A stretch of DNA of 60,566 nt, counting the filler, from Hausera hauseri (Eukaryota), in NCBI GenBank assembly GCA_046269625.1. It is 11 parts of 11 records of this genome, joined end to end, with 100 filler letters (N's around TTAATTAATTAA, not from the genome) between each part and the next. Parts side by side here need not be neighbours in the genome. Positions count along the whole stretch, not along the records: positions 19,009 to 25,378 come from JBJURY010106876.1; positions 25,479 to 33,157 come from JBJURY010000570.1; positions 33,258 to 39,798 come from JBJURY010075549.1; 8 more parts are not named here. One strand, written 5' to 3'. Numbering within the stretch: the stretch's first letter is position 1; every line of letters starts with the position of its first letter. Positions 24,547 to 38,984 of this stretch are shown piece after piece. The position numbers were made by a program, and so were the translations under genes. Under the pieces are notes generated by a model. The model had not been told where the DNA came from. It saw only the letters and a list, made by a program, of their open reading frames with translations, and searched no databases.

Positions 24547-24607
24547 TATTTATAGGTGTAGGTTTCTATCTTTGGAATGACGTCATTCTATTTTCGGAAT
24601 GACGTCA
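24547..24607 (-). promoter_or_regulatory. LTR promoter: two perfect CRE palindromes upstream of TATAAA
   Basis: TGACGTCA at 24578-24585 and 24600-24607; minus-strand TATAAATA at 24547-24554. Confidence 0.6.
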
Positions 24608-25280
24608 ATTCTACGAATTGTCAATTTCCAGAATCCAATTATATATTTAATCGAATGGCCCATTTTCAAAGGTCAACTATATTATTGCATTTCGATTTTC
24701 GATTATACGATTTTAATATACACTCTCATTTTGTTTTCAAAATTAAATAATTCATTTTTAATTTGCGTTAGTGTGTATACCTTAGTGTATTATGTAATCC
24801 CAAAAAAATATATCAAATGTAATACCTCCGGAGCAATGTATGGTATATATTTTGTGTTCCAATCAAAGATATGTACCCTTCCATTCTAACCAATGTAATA
24901 CTTTCATATTAATTTATGGTATATTTTTTCCATTCCGATCAAAGATATGTACCCACACTCCATGTTCTGAACACAATGTATTGACTTAAATCTTAAATCC
25001 ATTTTAGTATTAATTTTAATGATTAAATCAATTCTCCACCGTCATTTGGCTAACAACGCGTATACATTATTCAGAAATAAAACGATAGAGCACCCATCAG
25101 AGGGGTTAACAAAATAAAACAAGAAGCAAAGACAAAATATAATTTATTCGATATAGTCAAAACATTGTCATTTAATATCGAATTTTATCATTGTTAAAAC
25201 ATTGTCATTGTCATAGTCATTGTTAAAACATTGTCATTGTCATAGGGTAATTGAGTCAGGTCGGGGAATAGACCTCAACA

Positions 25281-25294
25281 TTTCTCCCCCTTTT
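25281..25294 (-). other. Polypurine tract
   Basis: AAAAGGGGGAGAAA directly before TGTTG; compare AGGGAGGAGAAA-TGTTG at 54077-54088. Confidence 0.8.
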
Positions 25295-27519
25295 GAAAAA
25301 GGATTCGGTCCTCCGGATCACTCTGGGTACTGACATCGATGAAACTGAGGTTTCTGGGTTTAATCGTCAAAGTCGCATNNNNNNNNNNNNNNNNNNNNNN
25401 NNNNNNNNNNNNNNNNNNNNNNTTAATTAATTAANNNNNNNNNNNNNNNNNNNNNNNNNNNNNNNNNNNNNNNNNNNNCATTCCCACTGATCAAGGATCA
25501 CCGATTATAGCTTATCTGCCTTCTTATGGGTTATGGAAAACGTTGACTGTCGCTAGATCCTTGGAGATATGGGCGATATATTCGGATAAGGACGTATTTA
25601 TTAGTGTACTAGATTATTAGGTTTGTCTATGAATCATGTAGATGTATTGATTATTAAATATGATAAATTTGTAAATGTTATCATTTAACAGCGTATGTAA
25701 AGCAGCATGTATATCTAAGTAGAGTATGTCTATATAATTAATGTTTACGTAAAATTTGTTCATTAAAATAAAACAGCCTTACGAATATTGGGAAGATATG
25801 TTAATAAAATTATTAAACACTGTATCTAATTTACTGATCATTTTGCATAGGATATATTTTAAAATCAGTACCTGCAAATGAAATTTATTCAGAATAGTAT
25901 TCCTCAATTTGACATTTTTCTCATTCTGAAATCTTCTGTCCTCGTGCCATTTTATAGCCCATTTATAGACACGAGAAATGGCAATTTATTATTCATGATC
26001 AACATATTCTATGAAGGACGTACCATCATTTAAAACCATGTCAAAATTTTTAGAATAATGTTCAATAATTTGTGGGCAAATTTTGTCTATGTTTCCCAAA
26101 GTTAGTATTGATATAATTGCCGAATCATAATCAACATCGCGAACAATGGCTGTACTTTGATGATAATTGGACATATCCCATTGGACCAGAAACATTGAAC
26201 GGATATTATTTAACTATGACAAAATTTTGGAGTGTGGAAAAATGCAAAATTTTATACAAATCTTGCCGATACTTATTGAACTGATTCTTAGGNNNNNNNN
26301 NNTTATTATTAGTCGTTGTTGGAGACTTAATGTCCTGTTCCATCAACTCATTGTCCAGCAAAGCCATGTACTTCCTAACGAATGGTCAGGACTGTATTGT
26401 GGGCAATGAGACATCATTAACGAGCACCAAATCCATGATGTACTCAAAGACCAAACATATTCTAATGTATCGAGTAGTAACTGGCACTAGTATTGATTCA
26501 TACGCCATCTTTACCAGCTATCGGGATGGTCGTTTTAGAAATCCGAAATTTGGGAACAACTATAAAAGTTATCTGTGGGAAATATGGAATTCGACAACAC
26601 CAAACTTCATGAGCGTAAGGGTAAAAGATGGTAACGGTAATATACGTGTCCAATTGGATTTTACAGTAATGTCTGGAGATTTTTACCTTCCAGATGTGTT
26701 CTAAGTACACTTTCATGCATTCATACATATTTTCATTTATATCACTTTTATCATTACTGGAGATTTAATGCTAATGTGGATATTAACAAAAGTCTAAATG
26801 TGACTAAAATCCATTTTAATTCAGATGTTTCTAAGTTGTCATTCAGTGATGCACAAATATAAAATAAAATTACGTGCTCAAAATGATTATATCAGGCGAA
26901 ATCTAATTTCATGCATAGAAAAACATTTTCCATTTATATCAATTAGAACGTGAATTACGGATAGATAGCGAGTTCAAAGAACTTAATTAACTCATAAGGA
27001 TTAACAGTTACTTATTATAAGTGTTAATAAAACAGTCATGAAATTAAATGCAGTTTCAACTTTAGTATATATAAAGTATGTAACCATAACTCTATTGAAC
27101 ACATTTACAAACACTTTAACCACTCTTACAACCTCCTGAAAAGAAATTTTATTTCATAATACTAAAGATTAGATAATTGTGAAATATTTGATTCAATCAA
27201 NNNNNNNNNNTCAATTCTTTAAGTACTGAAATTTCGTTCAATACATGTTTTAAGAATAATAGATCATTCAGGATCATTGGAATTTGAATCATCATGAGTT
27301 CGATGTCTTCGATATAGATTCCGGCACATTCAGCATTTTGTTATGAAATTGATTACATATATGGTATTACATAGGTACTTGTATGATGTCCACTATCAAC
27401 GCACGTGTGCAAAATAAATTTTGATAACCTTTTATAGTTTCCGTGCATTTTCTATTAGTCAGCATAAGGTACCAAATATGGAGTTGCTGCTCTATCAAAC
27501 TAAAAATTTTCTATCTAAT

Positions 27520-28138
27520 ATGAATGAACAGTTCATTTAGTACAAATGGGACAGGACCACTAAACTTTTTGGAAGCTAATGAGCGTATGAATGCAAACAG
27601 GTATTTGCAGCTTTTGCAAGAAAAAACGTTTATGGAGATTCATAATTGCACCATCTTTATGCAAGATGGTACACCATGTCATACAGCCAAAGTTTGCCAA
27701 AATTGATTTAGAAGCAACAATATCAAAGTTCTCGATTGGCCAGGAAATTCTCCTTATTTGAAACCAATCGAAAACCTGTAGAATTTGATCAAAAAGAAAG
27801 TTGCTGACAAACCGCCAACATTTCTTCTAACATTAAAACAAAAGATTATCAATGTTTGGACGCAGGGGATTTCTCCAAAAATGTGCCAGTCTCTTGTCAC
27901 ATCACAGCCTAAGCGAATTCATGTCATTATTGCTTTTCATGGTGCATATGCTAAATATTGATTTATTATTGACTGTTTTGTTGCCTATTCCCATGACTGT
28001 GTTTAAAACTTACTTTTGATAATACTAAAGTTCAATATCATATTTGTATTCATCTGCTAAAGCTTTTTATTCAATAAAATATATCATGTTTAAATTTTCG
28101 AATTTTCAACAGTGGTCTTATTTCAACTGAGGGAACTG
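27520..28138 (+). mobile_element. Tc1-family transposon 3' remnant with right TIR
   Basis: FMQDGTPCHTA, LDWPGNSPYLKPIENL, PKRIHVII..GAYAKY. Ends GGGAACTG followed by TA. Confidence 0.88.
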
Positions 28139-28803
28139 TAGGTTATTTAATAAACTATAGACTTTTACTTAATGTCATTCAGTAAATGATACACCGAATA
28201 CGTTAAAAATAATTAGTAAAAGCGGTGCATCGTTTCATAAAAGTTGGTAATCAAAAATACACCATGTCATAAAGTTTCAATCATATTTTATACAAAAAAT
28301 CATTTGTTAGTTAGCATTTATTATTTTAAATCCTCAAAATATCTTACATTCCCAATTCCAACTTCGATTCGTCTGAACAGTTCAACAGAACAATTTCGAA
28401 AAATATTAAAGTTCCAAAAAGAATGTAATTCATGGTACAAATTCACATCTCCTGATAAAATTATATACCAAACGGTTTATTTAATGTTGATATTACCAGC
28501 CTTCTAGTTTTTTGTTAGAAGTGAATCAGAGCTTGTGTGCAAATTTGATCTAATTTTGTGTCATTATTATCATTTGAGATGATGATTAAACAGAAATGTT
28601 TGGGTTACTGTCACATTGTTCTAAATTTAGTAAAATAAATATTTCAAGAGATAATTTCGACAAAATTCCTATATCATTTTCAAAATGTCGTATAAATATA
28701 GCATCAATAGCATCATTTTTTTTGTCAATAGCATTACTGACAAATATTCTAATGTTTATGTACGAATTGTAACAGTTTGTTTTAATTTTTATTTTGAATA
28801 AAT

Positions 28804-29773
<970 letters not shown>

Positions 29774-30568
29774 TAAATTCACATAATTAATTGACCATAT
29801 GCTTTCGATAATTTTTGAATATCGCTCTTAAAATTTGCGTCACAAGTTTTAGCTTTCGTCGTTTTATTGCTAATAATAGCCATAAAATGTCCTCAGAACA
29901 AATATTTCATAATTCCATAAATTTTCTCTCGTTGTGATGAAAGTTTGAATGTTTGTTTTTAAGTATTTCGTTTAAATTTTTGATTGAAAACGTTTGATTT
30001 AGTCATGCGAAAATATAATGTATTTGGACTCTAATATTGAAAATGGCGAAATTGTATGAAAATAAAACGCTGAAGTATTTGATGTTTTACGTAACTGTAC
30101 TAGATCTACTGTAGTTAATTCAGAGAGATTTATACATCACTAATATACATACAATTTCGTTTGTTAGTGATGCAGAGTATACATTTTCTATAAATTCATG
30201 AGTCATTATCCTTTTAGTGTTTGACTCATTTTATAGCCTATTTTGTATAAAATCATATAATGCACAAGTGCCAATGAGAGTAGTTATAAAAGGCTGCTTG
30301 TAGAACGGCCCCTCAAATTAAAAACCATTTTCATTCGCTCACCCTCAACCACCACTCGTTCATGACATTTTAATTTGGAAAACCGACCCATAGCCCTCAA
30401 TACAACTACTACCAACAATTCAATTATGAAAATATGCAACAAAAATGGTGTCAAATAATTCAGATTGCAAATTTTGTGCAACAGGTCGAATTATAATAAA
30501 ATCAGGTAATAAATAAATTTGGAGTGAATGCACAATTTGTAAATGCTGTATAAATATATTCAATAAAA

Positions 30569-31396
30569 ATGGGTAATCCGAAACCACTGATTTTAAATTT
30601 AAACAAAACCAAATTTCAAAATAAACTATTTCCAAACAATTTTCGATTATTGATGGTTGGATTATTTGGATGTGGCAAAAATGTGTTGTTAATGCATATA
30701 TTAATCCAACCAGATTTCTTAGATTATAATAATTTGTTATTTTTTAGTACAACTATAAATCAACCAGAATTACGGCTGTTAAAATCCGCATTTGAAAATA
30801 GTATTACAAAATTGGGATTATTAAACATTTATGAAAATCAGGATAATTTAATTTCTATGTTAAAAAATCATTTACAAATAGAAAACCCATCTCCGGAAGA
30901 TTTAGTAAAAATGTATAAACTAAACCTTGAATCCTCTAATATTTCAGTTCAAGAAATGAATAAATTAGTTAATGAAAATAACAAAGTTTCTTTGACATTT
31001 TCAAATAAATCTGAAGAAATAATTTCTTGTGACAATTTACCCAAAAATAAAAAGAATTTAATAATATTTGATGATGTAGTAAATCTAAAAAATCAAGATC
31101 TAATGAAATCTTATTTTACAAGAGGAAGACATAATAATTGTAATGTAATATATATTTCTCAAAATTTTTATGGATTAGATAAAAATTCAATTAGGAACAA
31201 CTCCAATTGTTTCATATTTTTTAAATTAAATAAACGCGATAAAGATTTAATATTTAATGATTTATTTACCTTTACTGATAAAGCAAATATTGAGCAATCA
31301 ATTTTAAATCATTGGAATAAGAAGTACAATTACGTTTATTTTTGTAGAGATGATGAAGAAATTTACAAGAATATTTTTATCGAATTGAAATTCTAA
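30569..31396 (+). CDS. A32/FtsK-like packaging ATPase (Polinton/adintovirus type), Walker A degenerate
   Basis: FRLLMVGLFGCGKN, LIIFDD, YFTRGRHNNCNVIYISQNFY, SIRNNSN. Confidence 0.85.
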   Translation: MGNPKPLILNLNKTKFQNKLFPNNFRLLMVGLFGCGKNVLLMHILIQPDFLDYNNLLFFSTTINQPELRLLKSAFENSITKLGLLNIYENQDNLISMLKNHLQIENPSPEDLVKMYKLNLESSNISVQEMNKLVNENNKVSLTFSNKSEEIISCDNLPKNKKNLIIFDDVVNLKNQDLMKSYFTRGRHNNCNVIYISQNFYGLDKNSIRNNSNCFIFFKLNKRDKDLIFNDLFTFTDKANIEQSILNHWNKKYNYVYFCRDDEEIYKNIFIELKF

Positions 31397-31532
31397 GGGT
31401 TAGAAAACTATATATAAAAAATGGAAGAGAAAAAATGCGAAATTTGCAAAAATATTTTCAAAATTCCACAAGCTTTAGTATTTCATGTTAAATATAAACA
31501 AAATAATAGTCAGAACATAGTGCAACCTCTAA

Positions 31533-32360
31533 ATGAATTTACATTATTTTACTGCTGTCACTACTCCTTTTGGCCTCTACGAGTACCTGTTTATTCCTTT
31601 CGGTTTGCGAAATACCGAACAGACCTTTCAACGACATATTGACTCAATTCTCTCAGATATTCCGCTTGCCCACTCTTACATTGATAATATTCTGATCGTT
31701 TCGTCTTTGGTCAAACAACACGAGGAACATCTTCGCGTAATATTCCAACGCCTTTACCACCATAATCTCCAAGTCAATGTCGATAAATGCCATTTTTTTC
31801 AAAAAACGCATCAACTTTTTAGGCCACGTTATTTCACCAGATGGCCACACTCCTCAACCAGACCGAGTTGAAGCCATTAAAAATATCCAGTTACCACTTT
31901 CGACCACCGAAATGCACAGCTTCCTTGGTACACTACAGTTTGTACATAAATATGTACCATATTGCTCCGAATTGACAGCACCATTTGCACACTTAAGCGG
32001 TATCAAAAAAAACATCAGCCCATCCAGTAAAGACCTGAGTTGGTAGACAAATTTGATAAGTTATGCGAAGGAATTAAGACTGTCGACATTCTCGCTTTCC
32101 CCAAGCCTGACGCGGAACTATTCCTTACTACAGACGCTTCAACCATTGCAGTAGGTGCTGCGCTTCACCAAATCCCAAAGGAGAAAACCAACCGCTGAAA
32201 TTTTCCCTCGTAAGTTCACACCGCCTGAAACTAGATAGTCAACGTTCGATCGAGAATTATTGGCCATGGTTCTAGCTTTAAAGCATTTCTACCACCTACC
32301 TGTTGCTCGCAATTTTACCACACCGACCGATCACAAGCCCTTAACTAACATCAAAACTGG
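31533..32360 (+). pseudogene. Ty3/Gypsy RT-RNase H fragment
   Basis: TAVTTPFGLYEY..PFGLRN, YIDN (from YxDD), FLGHVI, TTDAS..AVGA, RELLA, TDHKPL. Confidence 0.9.
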
Positions 32361-32499
32361 AGAAATGACTGGTACAACCCGGGGTCTCAAAGTTTTTATA
32401 AAATTTCCTTCGTTCACAAGTAATAATAATAATAAAATAATAATAATAGTATTAATAATAATAATAGTAAAAATAAAAAAATAATAAGAAGAATAAATT

Positions 32500-33157
32500 G
32501 AAAAACCAACCCATAGTCCTCATAAAACAACTACTGCAACACTTCAATTATAAAAATGTGCAATAAAAATGGCCTCAAATAATTCATATTGCAAATTTTG
32601 TGAAACAGGCCGTATAATAATAAAATCAGATAATAATTACATTAGGAGTGAATGCACAGTTTGTAAATGTTGTATTAACATTATTAAAATATTCAATAAA
32701 AATGGATAACCGAAACCACTGATTTTAAATTTAAACAAAACTGAATTTCAAAATAAACTATTTGCAAACAATTTTCGATTATTGATGAATGGATAATCTG
32801 GATGTGGTAAAAATATGTTGTTATTGCAAATGTTGACAGAACCAGGTTCCATAAATTATGATAATTTACTCTTTTTCTCAACAACTATTAATCAACCAGA
32901 ATTACGACTGTTAAAATCCGCATTTGAAAATAGTACTACAAAATTGGTATTTTTAAACATTTCTGAAAATCAGGATAATTTAATTTCTATGTTGAAAGAT
33001 TATTTACAAATAGAAAACCCATCTCCGGAATATTTAGTAAAAATGTATAAATTAAACCTTGAATCTTCTAATATTTCAGTTCGAAAAATGAATAAATTAG
33101 TTAATGAAAATAACAAAGTTTCTTTAACATTTTCAAATAAATCTGAAGAAACAATTT
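32500..33157 (+). pseudogene. Second, frameshifted copy of the Cys-rich ORF + ATPase cassette of 30376-31025
   Basis: Near-identical DYNNLLFFSTTINQPELRLLKSAFENS region and upstream sequence. Cut by the linker. Confidence 0.85.
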
Positions 33158-33299
33158 NNNNNNNNNNNNNNNNNNNNNNNNNNNNNNNNNNNNNNNNNNN
33201 NTTAATTAATTAANNNNNNNNNNNNNNNNNNNNNNNNNNNNNNNNNNNNNNNNNNNNTTCATTTTAAATATCAATCTTCAGTGATAAAACAGTAAATTG

Positions 33300-33727
33300 C
33301 TTTAGTAACAAATCGATATCCACTGCAAAAAAATCTGTACGATTCAAGTACGTTATCAGAAATTTTTTGAAACTCCCAGTTTAAAAGATTTTAAACATTT
33401 AAAAGTTTTGTATTTATCGTTGAATTACATTCGGTCCTTAGACAGTTTTCAGTATTTTACCGAAATTAAAGAACTCAAAGTATTCGACAATCGTCGACGA
33501 ACATTTCCTGAATTTGGCTCACCTCAATAATTCTCATCAAGTGTTTGTCGAATCTTGAAGAACTACTTTGCTCCAACAGTCAAATGGAAGCTACAACGGA
33601 TATAATATGCGATAAAAAAATGACTGAAATCAACCTAAGCAACAACCGAATCAACATCATCAGTGGCATCAAAGATCACAGTTCCCTAACGATCAATGAT
33701 TTAGTTCCAATGAGACGAACTTCATAA
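33300..33727 (+). pseudogene. Leucine-rich-repeat gene fragment
   Basis: HLKVLYLSLNYIRSL, NLEELLCSNSQM, MTEINLSNNRI. Frame breaks. Confidence 0.6.
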
Positions 33728-36347
33728 TTACACACCAATTTTATTGAGTAATGAGCAATTGTAAATATGAATAGTCATAATCAATAAGAGCGTCGAAGAA
33801 AACTCACTGTCGTTTTCAGTTTTCCCTTCAATTATTTTGTAATATATAGAAATGTTTTTGTGTTAAAACTTGAAATTTCAAAAAGATTTACAATTTCGTC
33901 ATTTTGTTAATTGTTCGTTAAATTTAATTTATTCATGTACCAATTATATCTGAATAATTGATAAAATACCACATCAATGTATACATGAAAGATGCATTGT
34001 CCAGTCTTCTGAATAACCGCAAATCCAATCAAAATGTAAACATTGCCACTTTTTTGCAGATTATTTCGGATGTGTAAAATGTGGTACACACGTACTGTAT
34101 AGAAATTACGATTTTATTACTGCGACCAAATATAATCGAAGGTGTTTCCTTTATCTTTGGTGGGATTATTTGTGTCCCATTGTAAAATATAAAGAAATCA
34201 TGTCAGAGGAAGAATTACTGTCTTTAACGAAAATTATCAGCCCTACGTTTCAATTTCGTGGAATTAAAATTGCTTATACTTGAATACTGCGATTCCATTT
34301 GAATCAAATTCGAACTTTACATTCGATCACTATGCTTTTCGATTTCAATTTAGGTTTATTTATGAAGATGAAAATATATTGTGTACGGAGTCAAATATTG
34401 GTTATATGTAGTATTTATGTGACAAATTTAATTCGGATATTTCCAAATCCCTCTTGGACTTCAGCTCATCAAGTTTCGGGGTACCGGACATTGCTAAACA
34501 CTCCAAACTGTTTGGAGAAATTAGATTCTATGGTATTTAGTATTCTTTAACAGGGCTCGTTCGAAATACTAATACCGTATGCACAACATCCCGACCAGTC
34601 CTTGCTGGAAGACAATAATTCGGCAGCGACGAATTACAAGGACCAGCCTCGCAAAGAAAACCTTGAGAGAACCGACTATTTGAAGAACCACTCGAGAAGC
34701 GTCACAAACCACCTGACGACCATACGTGCCGTACCGATCTTATTCGGATTTCTGGACGGCGCGATGACTCTTGCAATGGAGTAGATTTGTGTAGAGTCTC
34801 ACTCAACTTCTGAACTACTACCGTACGTATTGCCAGTAACCAGCCTCGAAAAGTTCTATGCCGAAGGCGACATTTCGATTCGTTGATCTTCATGGTGGTT
34901 TTCATCAGACTAAAAACTGCGACCGACCGTCTACTCAGATCACTGGTTCTGTCAGAGAACCACCTGATTCCCGACAAAACACCCCACTGGAAACGGCGCC
35001 CGAGGTTGCGCGATGCTACTATGGAAATGACACCAAGCGCTCCTCACCAACTTAGCAGGTAGGAGCCAACACGATCATCCACTGAGGAACATTTTGCCTC
35101 GGTGGACGAAACAAGTGAATCGAATAAACTTTCGAAATCCTAATCGTTTTCCATTTTTGTTTACCGTTTTCTGCGAGTTTTTATTTGAATCGTTTGCTGT
35201 AAACTAACAGCAAAACAAAATAATATTGAATATTTTTGTCCATTTGATGAGGTTACTTTCCTCCTGGTTATGTCTACGATATGTCTTCTGGGTTCTTGGC
35301 GGTTAGCAAAAATGAATTGCCGGCGTCTATTCTTTCTAGCCTTGTAGATATTGGGTACGTTAATAAACCGTATTTCAATATTCCAACCAGACATTGTTAA
35401 ATCAACTTGCATTAATTATTATCATAAAAATTATTTCCCTTAATAATTTTATCCTCTATAACAAATAGGTACAATAGGAGACGGCTTAATTGTATTTATT
35501 GTTAATTAAAATTCTATATAACTATTTTCGAATGTAATCAACTATACGTTCAACTGCAGTCAACTATATCTGTTATTCAGCATGGAGTTGTCTCGCTCGT
35601 ATTTCAATTTTAACCTATACATTTTTACCATACACATCTGTTACATATATACTGAGAAGTTTAAATGTGTAAAATTTATTTGGTCTCACGACCTTAAACT
35701 TATGCTAGCGATTCTCAACTTGGGCCCTCTCCTTGTCCCAAGTTATTTTTAATTAATCAAGGTATTCGGCAGCCTGTGGGTCTGCCGAAGTTAAAGGATT
35801 AAGTTTATTTACTTGCTCTTAATGTGTGAGTTCGATCGGGAGGTACACCGACGTCACTCCCCCTTATTTATTGTAATTTTTAACAACCGACCTGTATTAA
35901 AGGAAGGTATACCAAAAAGGGTGTTTGTAATTTATCCCAAATTTTATCTATTAAAATACCGTACTCTTTATTTAAATTATTAATATGAAACAATAAAGCA
36001 AAAACAAATCAAAAATAAAAGGCTTTTAATGAGTATAAATATTATAAAAGTTATAAACGGCAATCAAAATGAATAATAAGGTAAAAGAAAATGATACACT
36101 TACAATTGTCATAAACGATACTCATAGTGGATCAAATCGTAGAGTTCACGTCAAAAATGTTGTGTGATAATACAATCTACACCAGTATATATAGTCATCC
36201 TTTACCAAGAAAAATTTACACAACAAATAAAGATCAATTGTCACAGATTGAAGAAAAATAAAAAGATCATTTTTGTCAATACAAAAAATTACAATTAGAA
36301 TTGAGTAAGTCTTTTTTTGTTTATTTTATGATCATATTTCATTTTCG

Positions 36348-36445
36348 ATCTGTTTATTTTATTTCTGGGCTTCGATTTCATTCTTAATCTGTTTATTTTA
36401 TTTCTGGGATTCGATTTCATTCTTAATCTGTTTATTTTATTTCAG
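36348..36445. repeat. About 2.5 copies of a 39-bp tandem repeat
   Basis: ATCTGTTTATTTTATTTCTGGG(C/A)TTCGATTTCATTCTTA units. Confidence 0.85.
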
Positions 36446-37457
36446 GACTTGGGTTATGCTTGTACATTGATACTAACGATTTTCTTGTGAGAGAAAGGTG
36501 CAAACAGATCATTGAAAAGTGTCTTTATAGATAAAAGATATTGAAGACAATAGTAGGACATAACTCCTAAAATGCAGCGTATTGTTGAAGGGAAGGGGAC
36601 GAACCACGAAAATTAAAACAAAAATTTTTTCGCAAAAACCGACCAATCAGATTATACCAAAATTAAATGGGAGTGGGAATAGTGAAACCCAATCTGCGCC
36701 AGAAAATGCTTTTTTTCACAGCCAAAATTTAAACAAAATTTTTACGTGCCAAATTAAAATTTTTACACGTACCTAAAGTCCATGCCGTACGCGTGCTTGT
36801 GTATCACTTTGACTGTGTGTCTTCTATCTCCGCCCTACTTGCCTTGCGTGTGTGTATCATTTTTCTACCCCATGACTCATCCCGAACGATATATTTTCCT
36901 TCCTTCCCTGGGGGTGTATTGGTGTCATGTCCTCCTTTCTACCTACTAATGTGGATCTGATGAAATTGTTGATTTATTCCGGTTATCTGTGCAATGAACA
37001 ATTTACATCAATGAACAGTTTTCTGAACATGTTTTGATTTAAAAATTATTTTTGTAGTCAGATCATCAACATCAGAACCAACCTTAAGGAATCGCCATGA
37101 CAACATCTTACACATGGATGACAATGTAAGATTGGTCAGGATGTTGAATATATCTGTTCGTCCAGTTCTATTGGAGTCAAACTGAAGTTGTTTGGATGAT
37201 TGACAAGTAGAATATTGTGGGATACGCTTTACAATCAGATTCGACTTTTTGTTTGCTAAAATAATTGCATTTTTCAATTGTTTGATACTATCGAAAAGAC
37301 TGCAAACAAGATATTGAAAGATGTCCTTGTTGGTAAAAGATATTGAAGACAATAGTGGGACATAACTCCTCAAATGTGGCGTATTGTTGAAGGGGAGGGG
37401 ACCAATACGGAATAGTCCAATGAAAATGGTTACATCATATAATTTATTTAATATCAT

Positions 37458-38253
37458 TTGATCATCATTTTATTTCTATATTCTGTGGTAAATGATGATG
37501 ATAAATTATTTAGTAATCTGCTCACAGTATTCTGTTATGTCCTTGTTCCTTGTGATGTCCAACTTGTAAATAACAAAACATATTTGTTACAAAATACGCA
37601 GGGCCGTCAAACAGCAATGCAAGCAGCCCAATTTTGTGAAACCAACAATGGTCATTTGCCAATGGGACCATATTTGGCTAATTTGATGCAATTAGGATGG
37701 ACTGGATTCAATTACTATGTTGGCATAACTGACTTGCTTTATGAACGGTCAAATAACAAAACGGGATGGATAAATTTTGATAAGACCGAATTTACTGACA
37801 TAAGATATTGGTCCCAAATTGATCCGGATGATGGTGCAGGGAAGCAAAATGAGGACTGTATTTTATTTCTTTCACAATATCTAGTGGACACAGGTTGTAA
37901 CAGTCCATATCCGGCCAACTTTGTTTGCGTGTTAGTCAATGCAATACGACCAACATCAGCTGTGGCTACAGTTCAACCAATGGTCGTGAACAATGACTCA
38001 GAAGAAGGAATATCAATCATTTATGAAACGAATAGTAAAATTTGCTGTGTCCAATTGTTAGTAACAATAAATTGTATTACAACTAATAATTTCTAGGTGC
38101 CTCAACAGAGGATCCAATTGCAAAAGTGTGTATTACCGACAAGATACAAATACCTGCATGTTGAACATTTATACAGATCAGTCATTGCCACTGAGATTGA
38201 AAAATGAAAGTACTTTGTGGATTCGATTGAGTTTCAACAACCAATCGGTATAA
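37458..38253 (+). CDS. C-type lectin domain + PAN/apple-like protein; intron 38057-38096; start uncertain
   Basis: AAQFCETNNGHL, YYVGITD, YWSQIDPDDG..NEDC...LVDTGC...FVC. Splicing a 40-nt GT-AG intron gives CCVQLCLNRGSNCKSVYY...CML. Confidence 0.75.
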
Positions 38254-38984
38254 TAGTGTCATTAATGTTGCCATGGTACATTCGATAGTCAATGAATAAT
38301 TCGGTCTATTAAAACATTTTGTCTAATGTTATATTTGTTAATTTTTCTGAAATAAAAGACGCATACGTAATCGATGAAATGTTGTACAAATTTTATTTCA
38401 TGTACTATTTTATTTATCACTTGCTTGGACCACCCATTGAACAGTTGATTATTCGATGGTTACCCATCAACTTACATTGGTGGATGAAGGTCAATTTAGT
38501 CTAGAAAATTGTTATAAGGTGGCAAATAGAAAAATGTTTCAATAAAATATGTTTATGGCATGATTTCGGAATTCGAAATGATAATTCATCTTTAAAATGC
38601 AGTTTTATTGACGTTATTATTCATTTTGTTATTACAGCATAATTTTTAGATTTAATACGATGTACGTCCGATGATGACATTTAATAAGATACGGGATTTT
38701 CAATTGTCGCAATGTCAAACTTAGATTAATTCACGAATTAATAAACACATGTCATTAAGTTTCTCAAAATACCCCAATTTGACATGAGAGATGCAAAATA
38801 TATTCCTTAATTTTGACTTCGATTTCTAAAATGCATTTGAAATAAAATTATCAATATTTATATAATTTCAAATGGAAAATCAATGGCAATAAATGCCAGT
38901 ATGACAATATGATTGTAATGCATGTATGAGAAATGGCAAATTGTTTTACGGATGTTTTTTATGGGGAAGCCTTTCTATTGTCTC

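Larger units (their letters stand above)
22150..25280 (-). mobile_element. Putative 3.1-kb 3' LTR of a giant retroelement
   Basis: Starts TGTTGAGG immediately after the PPT. Candidate end AATCACA at 22150 is less certain. TATA box and CRE sites near 24550-24607. Confidence 0.65.

Noticed and set aside
26330-26704. 124-aa ORF, perhaps an exon of a secreted protein
   Set aside because: Adjacent to an N gap and no recognisable family.
35717-35790. Two small hairpins as a possible Helitron end or terminator
   Set aside because: No CTRR terminus or other supporting feature.
35850-36470. Possible solo LTR (TGTA...TACA, purine tract, TATA)
   Set aside because: No TSD, PBS or second copy; boundaries cannot be supported.
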